Shown: positions 36,774-46,209 of the stretch, piece by piece
How the letters are laid out: every line of letters begins with the position of its first letter
Position numbering within the stretch: position 1 is the stretch's first letter
Assembly (NCBI GenBank): GCA_002292925.1
Contig: DBCF01000015.1
Span: 1-46,209, forward strand
From: Roseiflexaceae bacterium UBA965
Lineage (GTDB): Bacteria > Chloroflexota > Chloroflexia > Chloroflexales > Roseiflexaceae
Reading direction: 5' to 3'
Length of the DNA: 46,209 bases
The notes under the pieces: generated by a model
The model's input: only the letters and a program-made list of their open reading frames with translations
Databases searched by the model: none
Told to the model about the DNA's origin: nothing
Made by a program: the position numbers and the translations under genes

Positions 36774-37778
36774 ATGGCGCCTTTGTTAGATGTCCGCAAC
36801 CTAGAGACGCAGTTTAAAACACAAGACGGCGTTGTCAAGGCAGTCAACAACGTGTCGTTTTATGTGAATCGCAGTGAGACGCTTGGTATTGTGGGTGAAT
36901 CTGGCTCAGGAAAAAGTGTCACGTCACTTTCACTGATGCGACTCATCCCCAGCCCACCAGGAAAAATCACCGGCGGTGAGATTTGGTTTGATGGCCAGGA
37001 TTTGCTCAAGCTGAGCGAAGACAAGATGCGTGAATTACGTGGCAATCGCATTGCCATGATTTTTCAAGACCCAATGACGTCACTCAATCCGGTGTTGACT
37101 ATTGGTCAACAGATTGTTGAGTCGTTGATTTTGCACTTGAAACTGTCCGCCAAAGAAGCACAAGCACGGGCGATTGAACTCTTGAACATGGTCGGTATTC
37201 CGGGATCCGAACGGCGGATTCACGAATATCCCCACCAATTTTCAGGCGGGATGCGTCAGCGCGTGATGATTGCCATGGCACTCGCTTGTAACCCCGAATT
37301 GTTGATTGCCGACGAGCCGACGACCGCACTCGATGTGACCATCCAAGCCCAGATCCTTGAGCTCATCAAAAAGCTCCAAGCCGAGTTGGGTATGGCCGTA
37401 ATCATTATCACACACGACTTGGGTGTCGTGGCTGGGATGTCGGATCGCGTGATGGTGATGTATGCAGGTCGGGTTGTTGAAGAAGGCGCCACCGGTGACA
37501 TCTTCAAAAATCCCCGTATGCCATATACCATCGGGTTGCTCAAATCAATTCCTCGTCTCGACAATGTGTCAGGGAAGAGATTAGAGCCTATCCGAGGGCT
37601 ACCACCCGATTTGATTACGTTGCCACAGATTTGTGCATTCAGTGCACGTTGTGATTACTTCAAGGCCGGGTCATGCGATACACAGGTACCACCGCTCCGT
37701 AGTGTTGGCGAAAAACACAATGCCGCGTGTCTGTTTGACATCACGCTTGAGACAGCGGTGAACGAGGCTGTATCGTAG
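36774..37778 (+). CDS. Oligopeptide/dipeptide-type ABC transporter ATP-binding protein (OppD/DppD-like)
   Basis: [31 protein letters not shown] and the C-terminal oligo_HPY-type extension. Start set at ATG 36774 (GTGGAG 7 nt upstream). Confidence 0.85.
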   Translation: MAPLLDVRNLETQFKTQDGVVKAVNNVSFYVNRSETLGIVGESGSGKSVTSLSLMRLIPSPPGKITGGEIWFDGQDLLKLSEDKMRELRGNRIAMIFQDPMTSLNPVLTIGQQIVESLILHLKLSAKEAQARAIELLNMVGIPGSERRIHEYPHQFSGGMRQRVMIAMALACNPELLIADEPTTALDVTIQAQILELIKKLQAELGMAVIIITHDLGVVAGMSDRVMVMYAGRVVEEGATGDIFKNPRMPYTIGLLKSIPRLDNVSGKRLEPIRGLPPDLITLPQICAFSARCDYFKAGSCDTQVPPLRSVGEKHNAACLFDITLETAVNEAVS

Positions 37779-37825
37779 TGAATTTGTAGGCGCAGACGCA
37801 ACGTAAACAAACGGAGGAAAGCGGC

Positions 37826-38842
37826 ATGACAGCAGTCAAGACTCAAGACCTCATTGAGGTTAGTAACTTAAAAATGTACTTCCCTGTGACCAAGGGCATT
37901 GTGCTCCGTCGCAAGGTAGGTGATGTCAAAGCTGTAGATGGTTTGACATTTAGCATTCGCGAAGGCGAAACGCTCGGATTAGTGGGCGAGAGCGGTTGTG
38001 GTAAATCCACCACCGGTCGTGCGTTGATTCAACTCTACAAACCAACCGATGGTTCGGTTATGTTTCGTGGCATCGATTTAACCAAATTGCCTGCCGAAGA
38101 AATGCGCCGCACCCGTCGCAAAGTGCAGATGATCTTCCAAGATCCCTATGCATCACTCAACCCGCGTATGACCGTCGGTGATATCATCGCCGAGCCGATT
38201 CGCGTCCACAAATTGCGCCAAGGCAAAGAAGCAGTGCGCGAACGTGTGCAAGAATTGTTGGCATTGGTCGGGTTGAACCCCTACTTCATCAATCGTTACC
38301 CCCACGAGTTCTCGGGTGGTCAACGCCAACGCATCGGGATTGCCCGGGCCTTGGCCGTCGAGCCAGAGTTTGTGGTTTGTGACGAGCCCGTATCAGCCTT
38401 GGACGTGTCGATTCAAGCCCAAATCCTCAACTTGCTTGAAGATTTGCAAAACAAATTGGGGTTGACCTATTTGTTTATTGCTCACGGCTTGGCTGCAGTG
38501 AAGCACATCAGCGATCGTGTGGCCGTGATGTATTTGGGCAAAATCGTCGAAATTGCTGACGGTAATGCGCTTTACAAAAAACCCACTCATCCTTATACCC
38601 AAGCACTGTTGTCGGCTGTGCCCATCCCTGATCCCGAAGTTGAGCGCACTCGTACCCGCATCATCTTGGTTGGTGATGTACCGAGCCCACTCAACCCACC
38701 CAGTGGGTGCCGATTCCATACCCGTTGTCCCATTGCCATTGACAAGTGCAAGAGCGATGAGCCACCCTTGGTCGACATGGGTGACGGACATATGGTGTCG
38801 TGCTGGCGCATGCAAGAGTCAGTGGCGTTGATGCAACGCTAA
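37826..38842 (+). CDS. Oligopeptide/dipeptide-type ABC transporter ATP-binding protein (OppF/DppF-like)
   Basis: [32 protein letters not shown] and the C-terminal [11 protein letters not shown] motif. Confidence 0.85.
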   Translation: MTAVKTQDLIEVSNLKMYFPVTKGIVLRRKVGDVKAVDGLTFSIREGETLGLVGESGCGKSTTGRALIQLYKPTDGSVMFRGIDLTKLPAEEMRRTRRKVQMIFQDPYASLNPRMTVGDIIAEPIRVHKLRQGKEAVRERVQELLALVGLNPYFINRYPHEFSGGQRQRIGIARALAVEPEFVVCDEPVSALDVSIQAQILNLLEDLQNKLGLTYLFIAHGLAAVKHISDRVAVMYLGKIVEIADGNALYKKPTHPYTQALLSAVPIPDPEVERTRTRIILVGDVPSPLNPPSGCRFHTRCPIAIDKCKSDEPPLVDMGDGHMVSCWRMQESVALMQR

Positions 38843-38860
38843 TCATACGTTGGTTTGGTT

Positions 38861-38900
38861 ATACGGATGGAACCTTAATGGTTCCATCCGTATTTTTATT
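38861..38900 (+). terminator. Rho-independent terminator after the oppF-like gene
   Basis: atacggatggaacc-ttaat-ggttccatccgtat followed by TTTTATT. Confidence 0.85.
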
Positions 38901-38962
38901 GCACCACAATAAATGCAAATGATTATGTATAATAAAAAGGGAAAAAAAGAAGGAGCAACACG

Positions 38963-41110
38963 TTGGATGAGACATTTCAACTAATTCGAGCCTTGCCAGG
39001 AGTGGCAGGGGTAAAATCAACTACTAATGGGCATGGTGTAATCGTGCAATGCCGGAGTGATGCCAATGTGGTGTCGTTGCGCGAAGTCTGTGATAATGCA
39101 AATTTGGCATTGGTTATTGAGCATGTAGAAGCCGAAATTACCCCCGAAGAAGCTGAAATTGCCGATTTACCACAAATGATTCGGTTTACAATTACCTGCT
39201 TGATTGCTACGGTACTTGGATGGGTGCTTGATGATCGTGCCAATATATCGTTTTGGATCCCCGCAGCACTTTATTTAGTTGCCTATGTGTTTGGTGGCTA
39301 TTATAGTCTGCTTAATTCGATTGATTCACTCAAAAAACGTGAATTTGATGTGAATACGTTGATGATTATCGCTGCCTTAGGTGCTGCTGCCATGGGTGAG
39401 CCCCGTGAAGGCGCGTTGTTGATGTTTTTGTTTTCGTTGTCTGGTACACTCGAAACCTATGCCATGGGGCGGACGCATGCTTCGATTCGTTCGTTGATTG
39501 CCATGACACCCCGTGAAGCCGAATTGTTGATTGCCGGCGAAACGCGGATTACCTCGGTAGAAGCCATCGTCCCGGGGGACGTGGTGTTAGTCCGTCCTGG
39601 CGCGCAAATCCCCGCTGATGGTGTGATTCGGGCTGGTGATTCGACTGTCAATGAGGCCTCAATTACGGGCGAATCAATGCCAGTTGAAAAGCATCAGGGC
39701 GCCAAAGTGTTTGCGGGTACCATGAATGGTCAAGGGGCGCTTGAAGTCGAAGTGACTGCTGATGCGTCACAATCGACATTGGCGCGCATTGTGTCGGTGG
39801 TGCGTGAAGCGCGCGAGCAAAAAGCCAATAGCCAAGACTTTACTGATCGCGTTATCGGCGTCTATTATGCCTATGCCGTCGTGATTGTGACGCTACTCGC
39901 AATTGTGATTGGGCGAATCTTTTTGGATGAAGCCTGGTCGGTGACGGTCTATCGCGCCATGACACTAATGGTGGTAATGTCCCCCTGCGCGTTGGTGATT
40001 TCGATTCCGGCAGCGTTGTTGTCGGCATTAGCCCGCGCCGCCCGTGACGGGGTGTTGTTTAAGGGTGGGCGCCAACTCGAGGCTGCTGCGACAGTCAAAG
40101 TCGTGGCATTCGACAAAACTGGTACGTTGACCACCGGCCGCCCAGGTGTGGTGGCGATTATTCCCGTTGGTGGACCTGGTCGGTTGCATTCGTTGATGGC
40201 AATCCCAAGCACACAAACAATTCCGCCTGATGATCAAATGGGTGAATTAACAGCAGACCAAATACAGTTGTTAATGGTGGCAGCTGCAGTAGAACTCCCC
40301 TCAGAACATCCATTGGCGCGTGCAGTGGTACAGAGTGCCAAAGAACGTGGATTGGCAATTCCCGAGGCGACGGAATTCAAAGCGGTGATTGCGGCTGGTG
40401 CCACTGCGCTGGTCAATGGGCAACGCTTGCGCGTCGGTAAACCGATGTTGTTTGGCATGGTGACACCTGACGTCATGATTGAAGTCCAAGCCCAACAACG
40501 TAATGGCAATACCGTGATTGCTGTTGGGTCTGATAATGAAGTATGGGGCCTGATTGCCATCGCTGATACGATTCGTCCCGAAGCCCAAAAAGCATTGCGC
40601 GATTTGCGTGCGAGTGGGTATCGTTTGGCGTTGTTGACAGGTGATAACGAGCATGTGGCGCGGGCATTGGCCAAAGATTTGGGTTTGGACGATGTGCGTG
40701 CTGAATTATTACCCCAAGACAAAGTCGAAGCAATCCGTGATTTGCAACAACGCTACGGCCCAGTCGCCATGATTGGTGATGGTATCAATGATGCACCGGC
40801 ACTTGCTACAGCGGCGTTGGGTGTGGCCATGGGAACGGGTGGAACAGATGTCGCGCACGAAAGTGCCGATGTGGTGTTGATGCGTGACGATTTGAGCCGC
40901 TTGGCCAGTGCCCTTTATTTGGCGCGACGGGCTCAAGCAGTCGTGTTGCAAAATTTGATTTTTGCGTTTGCCGTCATTGCAACACTAGTGATTTTTACGA
41001 TCAAGGGTGATATGATTTTGACATATGGGGTGATTGGTCATGAAGGAAGTACGTTGTTGGTGGTTGCCAATGGGTTGCGTATGTTGCTCCCAGTCCGCCA
41101 ATCAAAATAA
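38963..41110 (+). CDS. Heavy-metal P-type ATPase, P1B-4-like (SPC / HEGST motifs)
   Basis: DKTGTLT, TGDN and GDGINDAP core. The TM4 motif is SPC (MVVMSPCALVIS), not CPC. The last TM has HEGST. There is no CxxC in the N-terminal region. The only in-frame start near the AAGGAG at 38950-38955 is TTG 38963. Confidence 0.85.
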   Translation: MDETFQLIRALPGVAGVKSTTNGHGVIVQCRSDANVVSLREVCDNANLALVIEHVEAEITPEEAEIADLPQMIRFTITCLIATVLGWVLDDRANISFWIPAALYLVAYVFGGYYSLLNSIDSLKKREFDVNTLMIIAALGAAAMGEPREGALLMFLFSLSGTLETYAMGRTHASIRSLIAMTPREAELLIAGETRITSVEAIVPGDVVLVRPGAQIPADGVIRAGDSTVNEASITGESMPVEKHQGAKVFAGTMNGQGALEVEVTADASQSTLARIVSVVREAREQKANSQDFTDRVIGVYYAYAVVIVTLLAIVIGRIFLDEAWSVTVYRAMTLMVVMSPCALVISIPAALLSALARAARDGVLFKGGRQLEAAATVKVVAFDKTGTLTTGRPGVVAIIPVGGPGRLHSLMAIPSTQTIPPDDQMGELTADQIQLLMVAAAVELPSEHPLARAVVQSAKERGLAIPEATEFKAVIAAGATALVNGQRLRVGKPMLFGMVTPDVMIEVQAQQRNGNTVIAVGSDNEVWGLIAIADTIRPEAQKALRDLRASGYRLALLTGDNEHVARALAKDLGLDDVRAELLPQDKVEAIRDLQQRYGPVAMIGDGINDAPALATAALGVAMGTGGTDVAHESADVVLMRDDLSRLASALYLARRAQAVVLQNLIFAFAVIATLVIFTIKGDMILTYGVIGHEGSTLLVVANGLRMLLPVRQSK

Positions 41111-41128
41111 CTAGAAGCGAGGGTGATA

Positions 41129-41698
41129 ATGTCGATTAAAGCAGATCGTTGGATTCGCCAAATGGCGGTAGAGCATGGCATGATTGAACCCTTTGTTGAT
41201 CGCCAAAAACGCGAAGGGGTGATTTCGTACGGACTATCATCCTATGGCTATGACATGCGGGTCTCTGATGAGTTCAAAATTTTCAGTACTAGCCCATACA
41301 ACACGGTGGTTGACCCCAAAAACATCGACGATCGGATTTTTCAACATTTCAAAGGTGATGTGTGTATTATCCCCCCCAATAGTTATGCGTTGTGTCATTC
41401 ATTGGAATATTTTCGCATTCCCGCCGATGTGTTGGTCTTGGTAATCGGCAAATCAACCTATGCCCGGGCGGGGATTATCGTCAATGTCACGCCGGGTGAA
41501 CCGGGCTGGGAAGGGCAGTGGACCATCGAAATCAGCAATTCGACCCCATTACCTGCCAAAATTTATGCCAACGAAGGTATCGCACAATGCCTCTTTTTCC
41601 AAGGAGATGAGTTGTGTGAGACATCGTATCGTGATAAATCGGGCAAATATCAAGGGCAACGGGGGATTGTATTGCCACGGGTCGAGGGGATTCAATAA
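41129..41698 (+). CDS. dcd: dCTP deaminase
   Basis: [22 protein letters not shown] and the trimeric dUTPase-like core ([22 protein letters not shown]). Start at ATG 41129 rather than GTG 41123. Confidence 0.9.
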   Translation: MSIKADRWIRQMAVEHGMIEPFVDRQKREGVISYGLSSYGYDMRVSDEFKIFSTSPYNTVVDPKNIDDRIFQHFKGDVCIIPPNSYALCHSLEYFRIPADVLVLVIGKSTYARAGIIVNVTPGEPGWEGQWTIEISNSTPLPAKIYANEGIAQCLFFQGDELCETSYRDKSGKYQGQRGIVLPRVEGIQ

Positions 41699-41705
41699 GA
41701 TTGTT

Positions 41706-41734
41706 TTGCCCGTCGTAATGAATTAGCGTATAAT
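41706..41734 (+). promoter_or_regulatory. Sigma-70-type promoter upstream of rodZ
   Basis: TTGCCC (41706-41711), a 17-nt spacer, then TATAAT (41729-41734), about 80 nt upstream of ATG 41817. Confidence 0.5.
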
Positions 41735-41816
41735 ATGAGTTATCTCATCAATGATGCTGTGTAACTATACTTCAAACCTATGGTGTGTGTTGTTGTCTCG
41801 TGGAAGATGAAGTGAT

Positions 41817-42611
41817 ATGAGTGAATTAGGTGACCGCTTACGAGCGGCCCGCGAATCTCAGGGCATAAGTTTGTCACAAGCTGCTGCAGAAACGCGTATC
41901 TTGCAAAGGTATCTCGTTGCCCTCGAAGAAGGCGACTACAAATACCTCCCAGGCGACGTGTATGCGCGGGGATTTATCCGCAATTATGCTCTTTATCTCA
42001 AAATCCCAGTTGAAGAGCTAATCCAACTCTATCGTTATGAGCGTGGCCGGACCGAACCAATTGTGATTCGGCCGGCAGTTGTGGCACCGCGGATTCGCGG
42101 TGCAGTACTCCCCAACATCTTTGGGGTGTTCTTTGTGGTATTGACCATTGCTGGGTTAGGGTATTTGGTATTGCGCGGTGTCGAATTCCTCAATGTACCG
42201 ACGAATACCCCAAATGCAGTTGCTACCGATGCAACCGCAACAATTGCGGTTGTGGCGCCGACGCCGCTACCTGCAGAGCCGACAGCTCCTGTTGCCGACA
42301 CCCCCGTGCCGGTGCAACCGACCGCTGCGGCCCCCGTCGCTGCGACGCCGACTCTCGAAGCGCCGATTGTGTTAGGTATCAAGATTGATGACGGCCAAAA
42401 TCCAGGATCATGGATTAATGTCAAAGTCGATAACAAATCGGTGTTCCAACGAGTCCTCAAATCGGGTGAGTCATTGCGTTATACCGCACAACGGACGGTG
42501 TGGGTACGCGCTGGTAATGCCTATGTCGTCACAGTAAATGTGAATGGTGTCGATCAACGTTTGAGCACCACACCGGGTGACGTGGTCTCTTTTTCGTGGC
42601 CACCGCCCTAG
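41817..42611 (+). CDS. rodZ: RodZ-like cytoskeleton protein (HTH domain, TM segment, P/T/A-rich linker, DUF4115)
   Basis: LGDRLRAARESQGISLSQAAAETRI...LEEGDY..LPG.VYARGFIRNYA, a single TM FGVFFVVLTIAGLGYLVL, and a C-terminal beta domain. Confidence 0.8.
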   Translation: MSELGDRLRAARESQGISLSQAAAETRILQRYLVALEEGDYKYLPGDVYARGFIRNYALYLKIPVEELIQLYRYERGRTEPIVIRPAVVAPRIRGAVLPNIFGVFFVVLTIAGLGYLVLRGVEFLNVPTNTPNAVATDATATIAVVAPTPLPAEPTAPVADTPVPVQPTAAAPVAATPTLEAPIVLGIKIDDGQNPGSWINVKVDNKSVFQRVLKSGESLRYTAQRTVWVRAGNAYVVTVNVNGVDQRLSTTPGDVVSFSWPPP

Positions 42612-42706
42612 GTCGGTCGAGGCAATTGGCATGATGTACACGAATTACATACAATATTACGCGGGGGAACATCGCGCCCCCGCGTCATTGTGCAAAGGAG
42701 CAGTAT

Positions 42707-43204
42707 ATGGCCAGTGAGAGTAGTTTTGATGTGGTATCAGAGTTTGACCGCCAAGAAATGGTCAATGCAATCGATCAAACGCGTCGTGAAGTCCAAACGC
42801 GTTATGATTTGAAAGATACCAATACGGATATCGAATTAAGCGACAAAGAAATCACCATCACGACAGAATCTGATATGCATTTGACGGCAATTCGTGATAT
42901 TTTGCAGAGCAAAGCATTGCGGCGTAATTTGTCGATCAAGATTTTTAAGTTTAATCCACCGCTCGAAGTCGCAGGTGGGCGGATTAAACAGGTGATTACC
43001 CTGCAACAAGGGTTGTCAGATGAAGTCGCCAAAAAAATTCAACGTCTTATCAAAGACCAATTCCCCAAGGTGCAAGGTCGTATCCAAGGCGAGGCTATCC
43101 GGGTTGCCAGCAAAAGCCGCGACGATTTGCAAGGAATCATCGCTGTGTTGCGCGAACGTGCCGATGAGTTCCCGTTGCCGTTACAGTTTACGAATTATCG
43201 TTAA
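42707..43204 (+). CDS. yajQ: YajQ-family nucleotide-binding protein (UPF0234)
   Basis: SFDVVSEFDRQEMVNAIDQTRREVQTRYD, IQGEAIRVASKSRDDLQ and PLQFTNYR align with E. coli YajQ as I recall it. Confidence 0.9.
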   Translation: MASESSFDVVSEFDRQEMVNAIDQTRREVQTRYDLKDTNTDIELSDKEITITTESDMHLTAIRDILQSKALRRNLSIKIFKFNPPLEVAGGRIKQVITLQQGLSDEVAKKIQRLIKDQFPKVQGRIQGEAIRVASKSRDDLQGIIAVLRERADEFPLPLQFTNYR

Positions 43205-43230
43205 TACACCTAATAGGAAGACCGTACCAC

Positions 43231-44601
43231 ATGAAGGTCCACGTAATCACGCTTGGTTGTCCCAAAAATGCCGTTGATAGCGAAGGCATGACAGGTATCT
43301 TGGAATCACAAGGGCATTTGTTGGTGGCAGACTCCAACCAAGCCGATGTGGTGATTGTCAATACCTGTAGTTTTATTGCATCTGCTCGCGAAGAAACGAT
43401 TAACGTGTTGACCGAAATGGCCGGTCAAAAACATGCTGGTCAAAAACTGATTGCCGCCGGCTGTATGGCCGAAAGTCATGGTGAAATCGTACGGGCAGTA
43501 GCCGGTGTCGATGCCATCCTTGGTACCCGTGAGTGGATGCGCATCGGCGAAGTAGTGGGCATGCCACCAGCCTCGGGTGTAGTTGCTCCTAAATCGTTGA
43601 TGATTGATTTGCAACAAGTCGACCCGACTGCAATCGATCTCAAGGTGCCGGGTGATTATGCCGATTGGCGCACCGCTGCCATGGACCGTACCGTTAGTGG
43701 CCCATCAGCCTACCTCAAAATTTCTGATGGCTGTAATCTGCGTTGTGCGTTTTGTACCATTCCGTCGTTCAAAGGTGATATGCGCTCCAAACGCCCCGAA
43801 GCAATCATCCGTGAAGCAAGTCAGCTGGTGGCCAAAGGGGTCAAAGAAATCGTGTTGGTGGCACAACACCTCACCGATTACGGGCGTGATTTGGGCATGA
43901 AAGATGGCCTGGCAGATTTGCTCGACCAGTTGTGTGCCGTGGTACCAGAGGATCGCTGGATTCGGTTGATGTATGCCTATCCCCATGGGATTACGCCACG
44001 CTTAATCGAAACAATGGCGAAATATCCCCAGATTTGTAAATATCTCGATATGCCGTTGCAACATGCCCATACTGCCATGTTACGGCGGATGCGCCGCCCA
44101 CCCGATATCGAGCGCACCAAAACAATCATCCACGATTTGCGGGCTGCCATGCCCGATATCGCGATTCGCTCCACGTTTATTGTGGGATTCCCCGGCGAAA
44201 CCCGCGAAGAATTTGACGCTTTGCATGATTTCTTGGCCGAAATGACCCTTGATCGCGTCGGCGTGTTTCGCTATAGTGACGAACCTGGTACGCATGCCGC
44301 CACGCTCGAGGCCAAAGTCCCCCAAAAGCAAATCGAACGGCGTTGGCACAAAATCATGCAACTGCAACAAACCGTGTCGCAACAACGCAATCGCGTATGG
44401 CGAGGGCGGACGGTGCGGATGTTGGTGGAAGGTGTGGGGAGTGACGAAGATGGCAAGCCGATTTTGGTGGGGCGGTCGTTCCGAGATGCACCAGAAGTCG
44501 ATGGGCAAGTATTTGCCCGTGGCAAGGGTACAATCGGTACGATGGTCAATGTCAAAGTGACCACCACGACCGATTATGACCTGTGGGGCACTATCGTTTA
44601 G
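43231..44601 (+). CDS. rimO: Ribosomal protein S12 methylthiotransferase RimO (radical SAM)
   Basis: N-terminal TLGCPKN...NTCSFI cluster, radical-SAM CNLRCAFC and a C-terminal TRAM domain. Confidence 0.9.
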   Translation: MKVHVITLGCPKNAVDSEGMTGILESQGHLLVADSNQADVVIVNTCSFIASAREETINVLTEMAGQKHAGQKLIAAGCMAESHGEIVRAVAGVDAILGTREWMRIGEVVGMPPASGVVAPKSLMIDLQQVDPTAIDLKVPGDYADWRTAAMDRTVSGPSAYLKISDGCNLRCAFCTIPSFKGDMRSKRPEAIIREASQLVAKGVKEIVLVAQHLTDYGRDLGMKDGLADLLDQLCAVVPEDRWIRLMYAYPHGITPRLIETMAKYPQICKYLDMPLQHAHTAMLRRMRRPPDIERTKTIIHDLRAAMPDIAIRSTFIVGFPGETREEFDALHDFLAEMTLDRVGVFRYSDEPGTHAATLEAKVPQKQIERRWHKIMQLQQTVSQQRNRVWRGRTVRMLVEGVGSDEDGKPILVGRSFRDAPEVDGQVFARGKGTIGTMVNVKVTTTTDYDLWGTIV

Positions 44602-44605
44602 TGCC

Positions 44606-44643
44606 ATCAAGCCCACGGTAGCAGCTGCTATCGTGGGCTTGAT
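44606..44643. terminator. Bidirectional hairpin or palindrome between convergent rimO and the BlaI-family gene
   Basis: atcaagcccacg-g-tagcag/ctgcta-t-cgtgggcttgat is a near-perfect 38-nt palindrome. Confidence 0.55.
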
Positions 44644-44666
44644 ACGAGAATCTACGTATTGGTTTA

Positions 44667-45086
44667 TTAGGCGACTTGATGATTGCCGATGACTTGCCGG
44701 AGCCGCTCTAATCCCTGCGGATTGTTGCGCACCAAAAAGTCAATCATGTAGTCCACTGCGGTATCACTGTAATCGGTCAACAACCCATCAAGCACTTGTT
44801 GGACGACCATGGTGACAAAGTCTTCTTCACTCAACGTGGGGTCATACACATACGCCAATCCATCACGTTGCCGATTGAGCACCCCTTTGTCGGCTAGTCG
44901 ACTCATGGTTGTCATGACGGTGGTGTAGGCGATGTCACGATTTTGGGCTAGGGCTCGATGGACCTTTTTGACGGTGCTACATTTATCATGCCAAATCACT
45001 TGCATGATATCTGTTTCTAGTGGCCCGAGCACCTTTACCAAGCCATCTTTGGCCGGGCTAAAGCGAAACCGGAGGTTCGGCGCCAT
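44667..45086 (-). CDS. BlaI/MecI/CopY-family winged-helix transcriptional repressor
   Basis: LGPLETDIMQVIW....TVKKVHRAL......AYTTVMTTMSRLADKGVL.R.RDG.AYVY is the Penicillinase_R pattern. Start moved to ATG 45086 (GAGGAG upstream). Confidence 0.8.
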   Translation of the reverse strand: MAPNLRFRFSPAKDGLVKVLGPLETDIMQVIWHDKCSTVKKVHRALAQNRDIAYTTVMTTMSRLADKGVLNRQRDGLAYVYDPTLSEEDFVTMVVQQVLDGLLTDYSDTAVDYMIDFLVRNNPQGLERLRQVIGNHQVA

Positions 45087-45114
45087 AACGGACTCCTCAG
45101 TTAGGACATACTTT

Positions 45115-45134
45115 ACTACAGGTAGTGTACTACC
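45115..45134. promoter_or_regulatory. Candidate operator for the BlaI-family repressor
   Basis: GGTAGT-GT-ACTACC is a perfect 6-2-6 palindrome at 45121-45134. An additional ACTAC half-site sits at 45115-45119 (ACTAC-AG-GTAGT-GT-ACTAC). It contains a TACA...TGTA core and lies 30-50 nt upstream of the repressor start. Confidence 0.35.
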
Positions 45135-45221
45135 ATATGACGCAGACAACAATTGGATTGTATGACGAAGTAATTACAAGAAATGCATCTTTGATGTGCC
45201 GTATAGACAATGAGGTGAACT

Positions 45222-46209
45222 ATGCCAAACGATATTCGTAGTCTCATTCGTGCCGAAATGCAGGCAGTTTTTCCGACCTATATGGCCGAGCTTACCCCTT
45301 TTTATGGGATGCAAGAATACCATTTGGGCTGGCGCAATCAATCACTCCAAACGGAATTCTCCGATCCCGGTAAATTATTACGCCCCATCATGACCATTAT
45401 GGCTTGCCGGATGATGGGTGGCGATATGGCACAGGTATTGCCGTTGGCTGCTGGTATTCAGTTGCTCCATGATTTTTCGTTGATTCATGATGACATCCAA
45501 GACGATAGCAATTTGCGGCGTGGTCGGGCGACGTTGTGGTCGATTTGGGGTATGGCCCAAGGCATCAACGCCGGTGATGGTATGTTTGTGTTGGCACATA
45601 TGGCGATTCAACGCATGCAAGATGTCGGATTGCCTGCCCCGCGCGTGTTGCAGATTTTGCGCCGCTTTGACCGCACGATTTTGTCGATTTGTGAAGGCCA
45701 ATATCTCGATATTAGCTTCGAAGGTAATCAACACATTAGTGAAGCCGCCTATATCGCTATGATCGAACGCAAAACGGCAGTGCTCATCGCTGCCTGTGGT
45801 GAATTAGGCGCACTCGCAGCCGGTGCGAGTGACCCCGATGCCGCGTTGCTCGGGCAGTTTGGCTTGCACCTCGGTTTGTCGTTTCAAATGCAAGATGATA
45901 TCCTCGGCATTTGGGGATCGGCTGCCGAAACAGGCAAACCAGATGCGGCAGACTTGCTCCGCCGTAAATTAAGTCTGCCGGTGATTTATACATTGGCACG
46001 TGAACCCGTTGACGGCGCCTTGCATCAACTCTATCAATTACCTGCTGGAAAAGATGATGGTGTCGATGCCGCCCGCGCTGCCATGACGCAGTATGGCGCA
46101 CACGAGGCCGTGACGGCGATGGCGCAAGTGCATTATGCTCAAGCGAGTGCGGCGCTCAGTCAAATCAACGCACCAAATCCACAGATGCAACAAGAATTAC
46201 AAGCCCTCG
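45222..46209 (+). CDS. Polyprenyl diphosphate synthase (trans-isoprenyl diphosphate synthase family), 3' end beyond the right edge
   Basis: Missing from the track because it has no stop in the window. My translation from ATG 45222 (GAGGTG upstream) gives MPNDIRSLIRAEMQ... The first Asp-rich motif is LLHDFSLIHDDIQDDSNLRRGR and the second is FQMQDDILGIWG. Chain length cannot be called from sequence alone. Confidence 0.85.
   Translation, partial: MPNDIRSLIRAEMQAVFPTYMAELTPFYGMQEYHLGWRNQSLQTEFSDPGKLLRPIMTIMACRMMGGDMAQVLPLAAGIQLLHDFSLIHDDIQDDSNLRRGRATLWSIWGMAQGINAGDGMFVLAHMAIQRMQDVGLPAPRVLQILRRFDRTILSICEGQYLDISFEGNQHISEAAYIAMIERKTAVLIAACGELGALAAGASDPDAALLGQFGLHLGLSFQMQDDILGIWGSAAETGKPDAADLLRRKLSLPVIYTLAREPVDGALHQLYQLPAGKDDGVDAARAAMTQYGAHEAVTAMAQVHYAQASAALSQINAPNPQMQQELQAL

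Noticed and set aside
1-46209. Mobile elements, prophage, defence islands, toxin-antitoxin pairs, retron/DGR-type elements, and tRNA or rRNA genes
   Set aside because: I found no transposase, integrase, recombinase, reverse transcriptase, phage structural protein or cas-like ORFs. There are no terminal inverted repeats flanking a cargo and no tRNA-like T-arm motifs. Gene content is housekeeping throughout.

Overview
This 46.2-kb window looks like a chromosomal housekeeping region of a moderate-GC bacterium. The protein flavour (T/P-rich lipoprotein linkers, RodZ, MurJ, BspA-type LRR) suggests Chloroflexota, but I cannot verify that. I support about 37 protein genes, two of which run off the window edges and are therefore missing from the supplied ORF track. 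I saw no rRNA, tRNA, CRISPR array, transposase, integrase, phage gene or recognisable defence genes.

Gene content, left to right:
- Secreted LRR protein (partial)
- NifS-type cysteine desulfurase and an extended thioredoxin
- Cytoplasmic GAF/PAS histidine kinase followed by YigZ
- NitT/TauT-type ABC importer whose permease is fused in frame to the menaquinone prenyltransferase MenA
- Two lipoproteins of unknown function
- glgB, a GH57/DUF3536 protein and malate synthase A
- TerC-like membrane protein, purA and a small glutaredoxin-like protein
- gabT-GNAT-aldehyde dehydrogenase operon
- Heterodimeric ABC exporter and typA
- An 850-bp non-coding block
- Bifunctional-nuclease-family protein, LysM/SH3/M23 peptidase and murJ
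- Nudix hydrolase, ccdA and an FAD oxidoreductase
- Orphan oppD/oppF-like ATPases and a P1B-4 (SPC/HEGxT) metal ATPase
- dcd, rodZ, yajQ and rimO
- Orphan BlaI/CopY-family repressor and a polyprenyl synthase (partial)

Two observations stand out:
1. The non-coding block at 29.5-30.3 kb has the architecture of a replication origin. It holds three perfect and at least nine 8/9-match TTATCCACA DnaA boxes on both strands, split by a roughly 78% A+T stretch. It sits far from any dnaA or dnaN.
2. The ABC permease::MenA fusion has a 9-residue linker that is a former intergenic spacer still carrying an AAGGAG ribosome-binding site.

I found no clearly novel multi-gene system. The remaining findings are modest.
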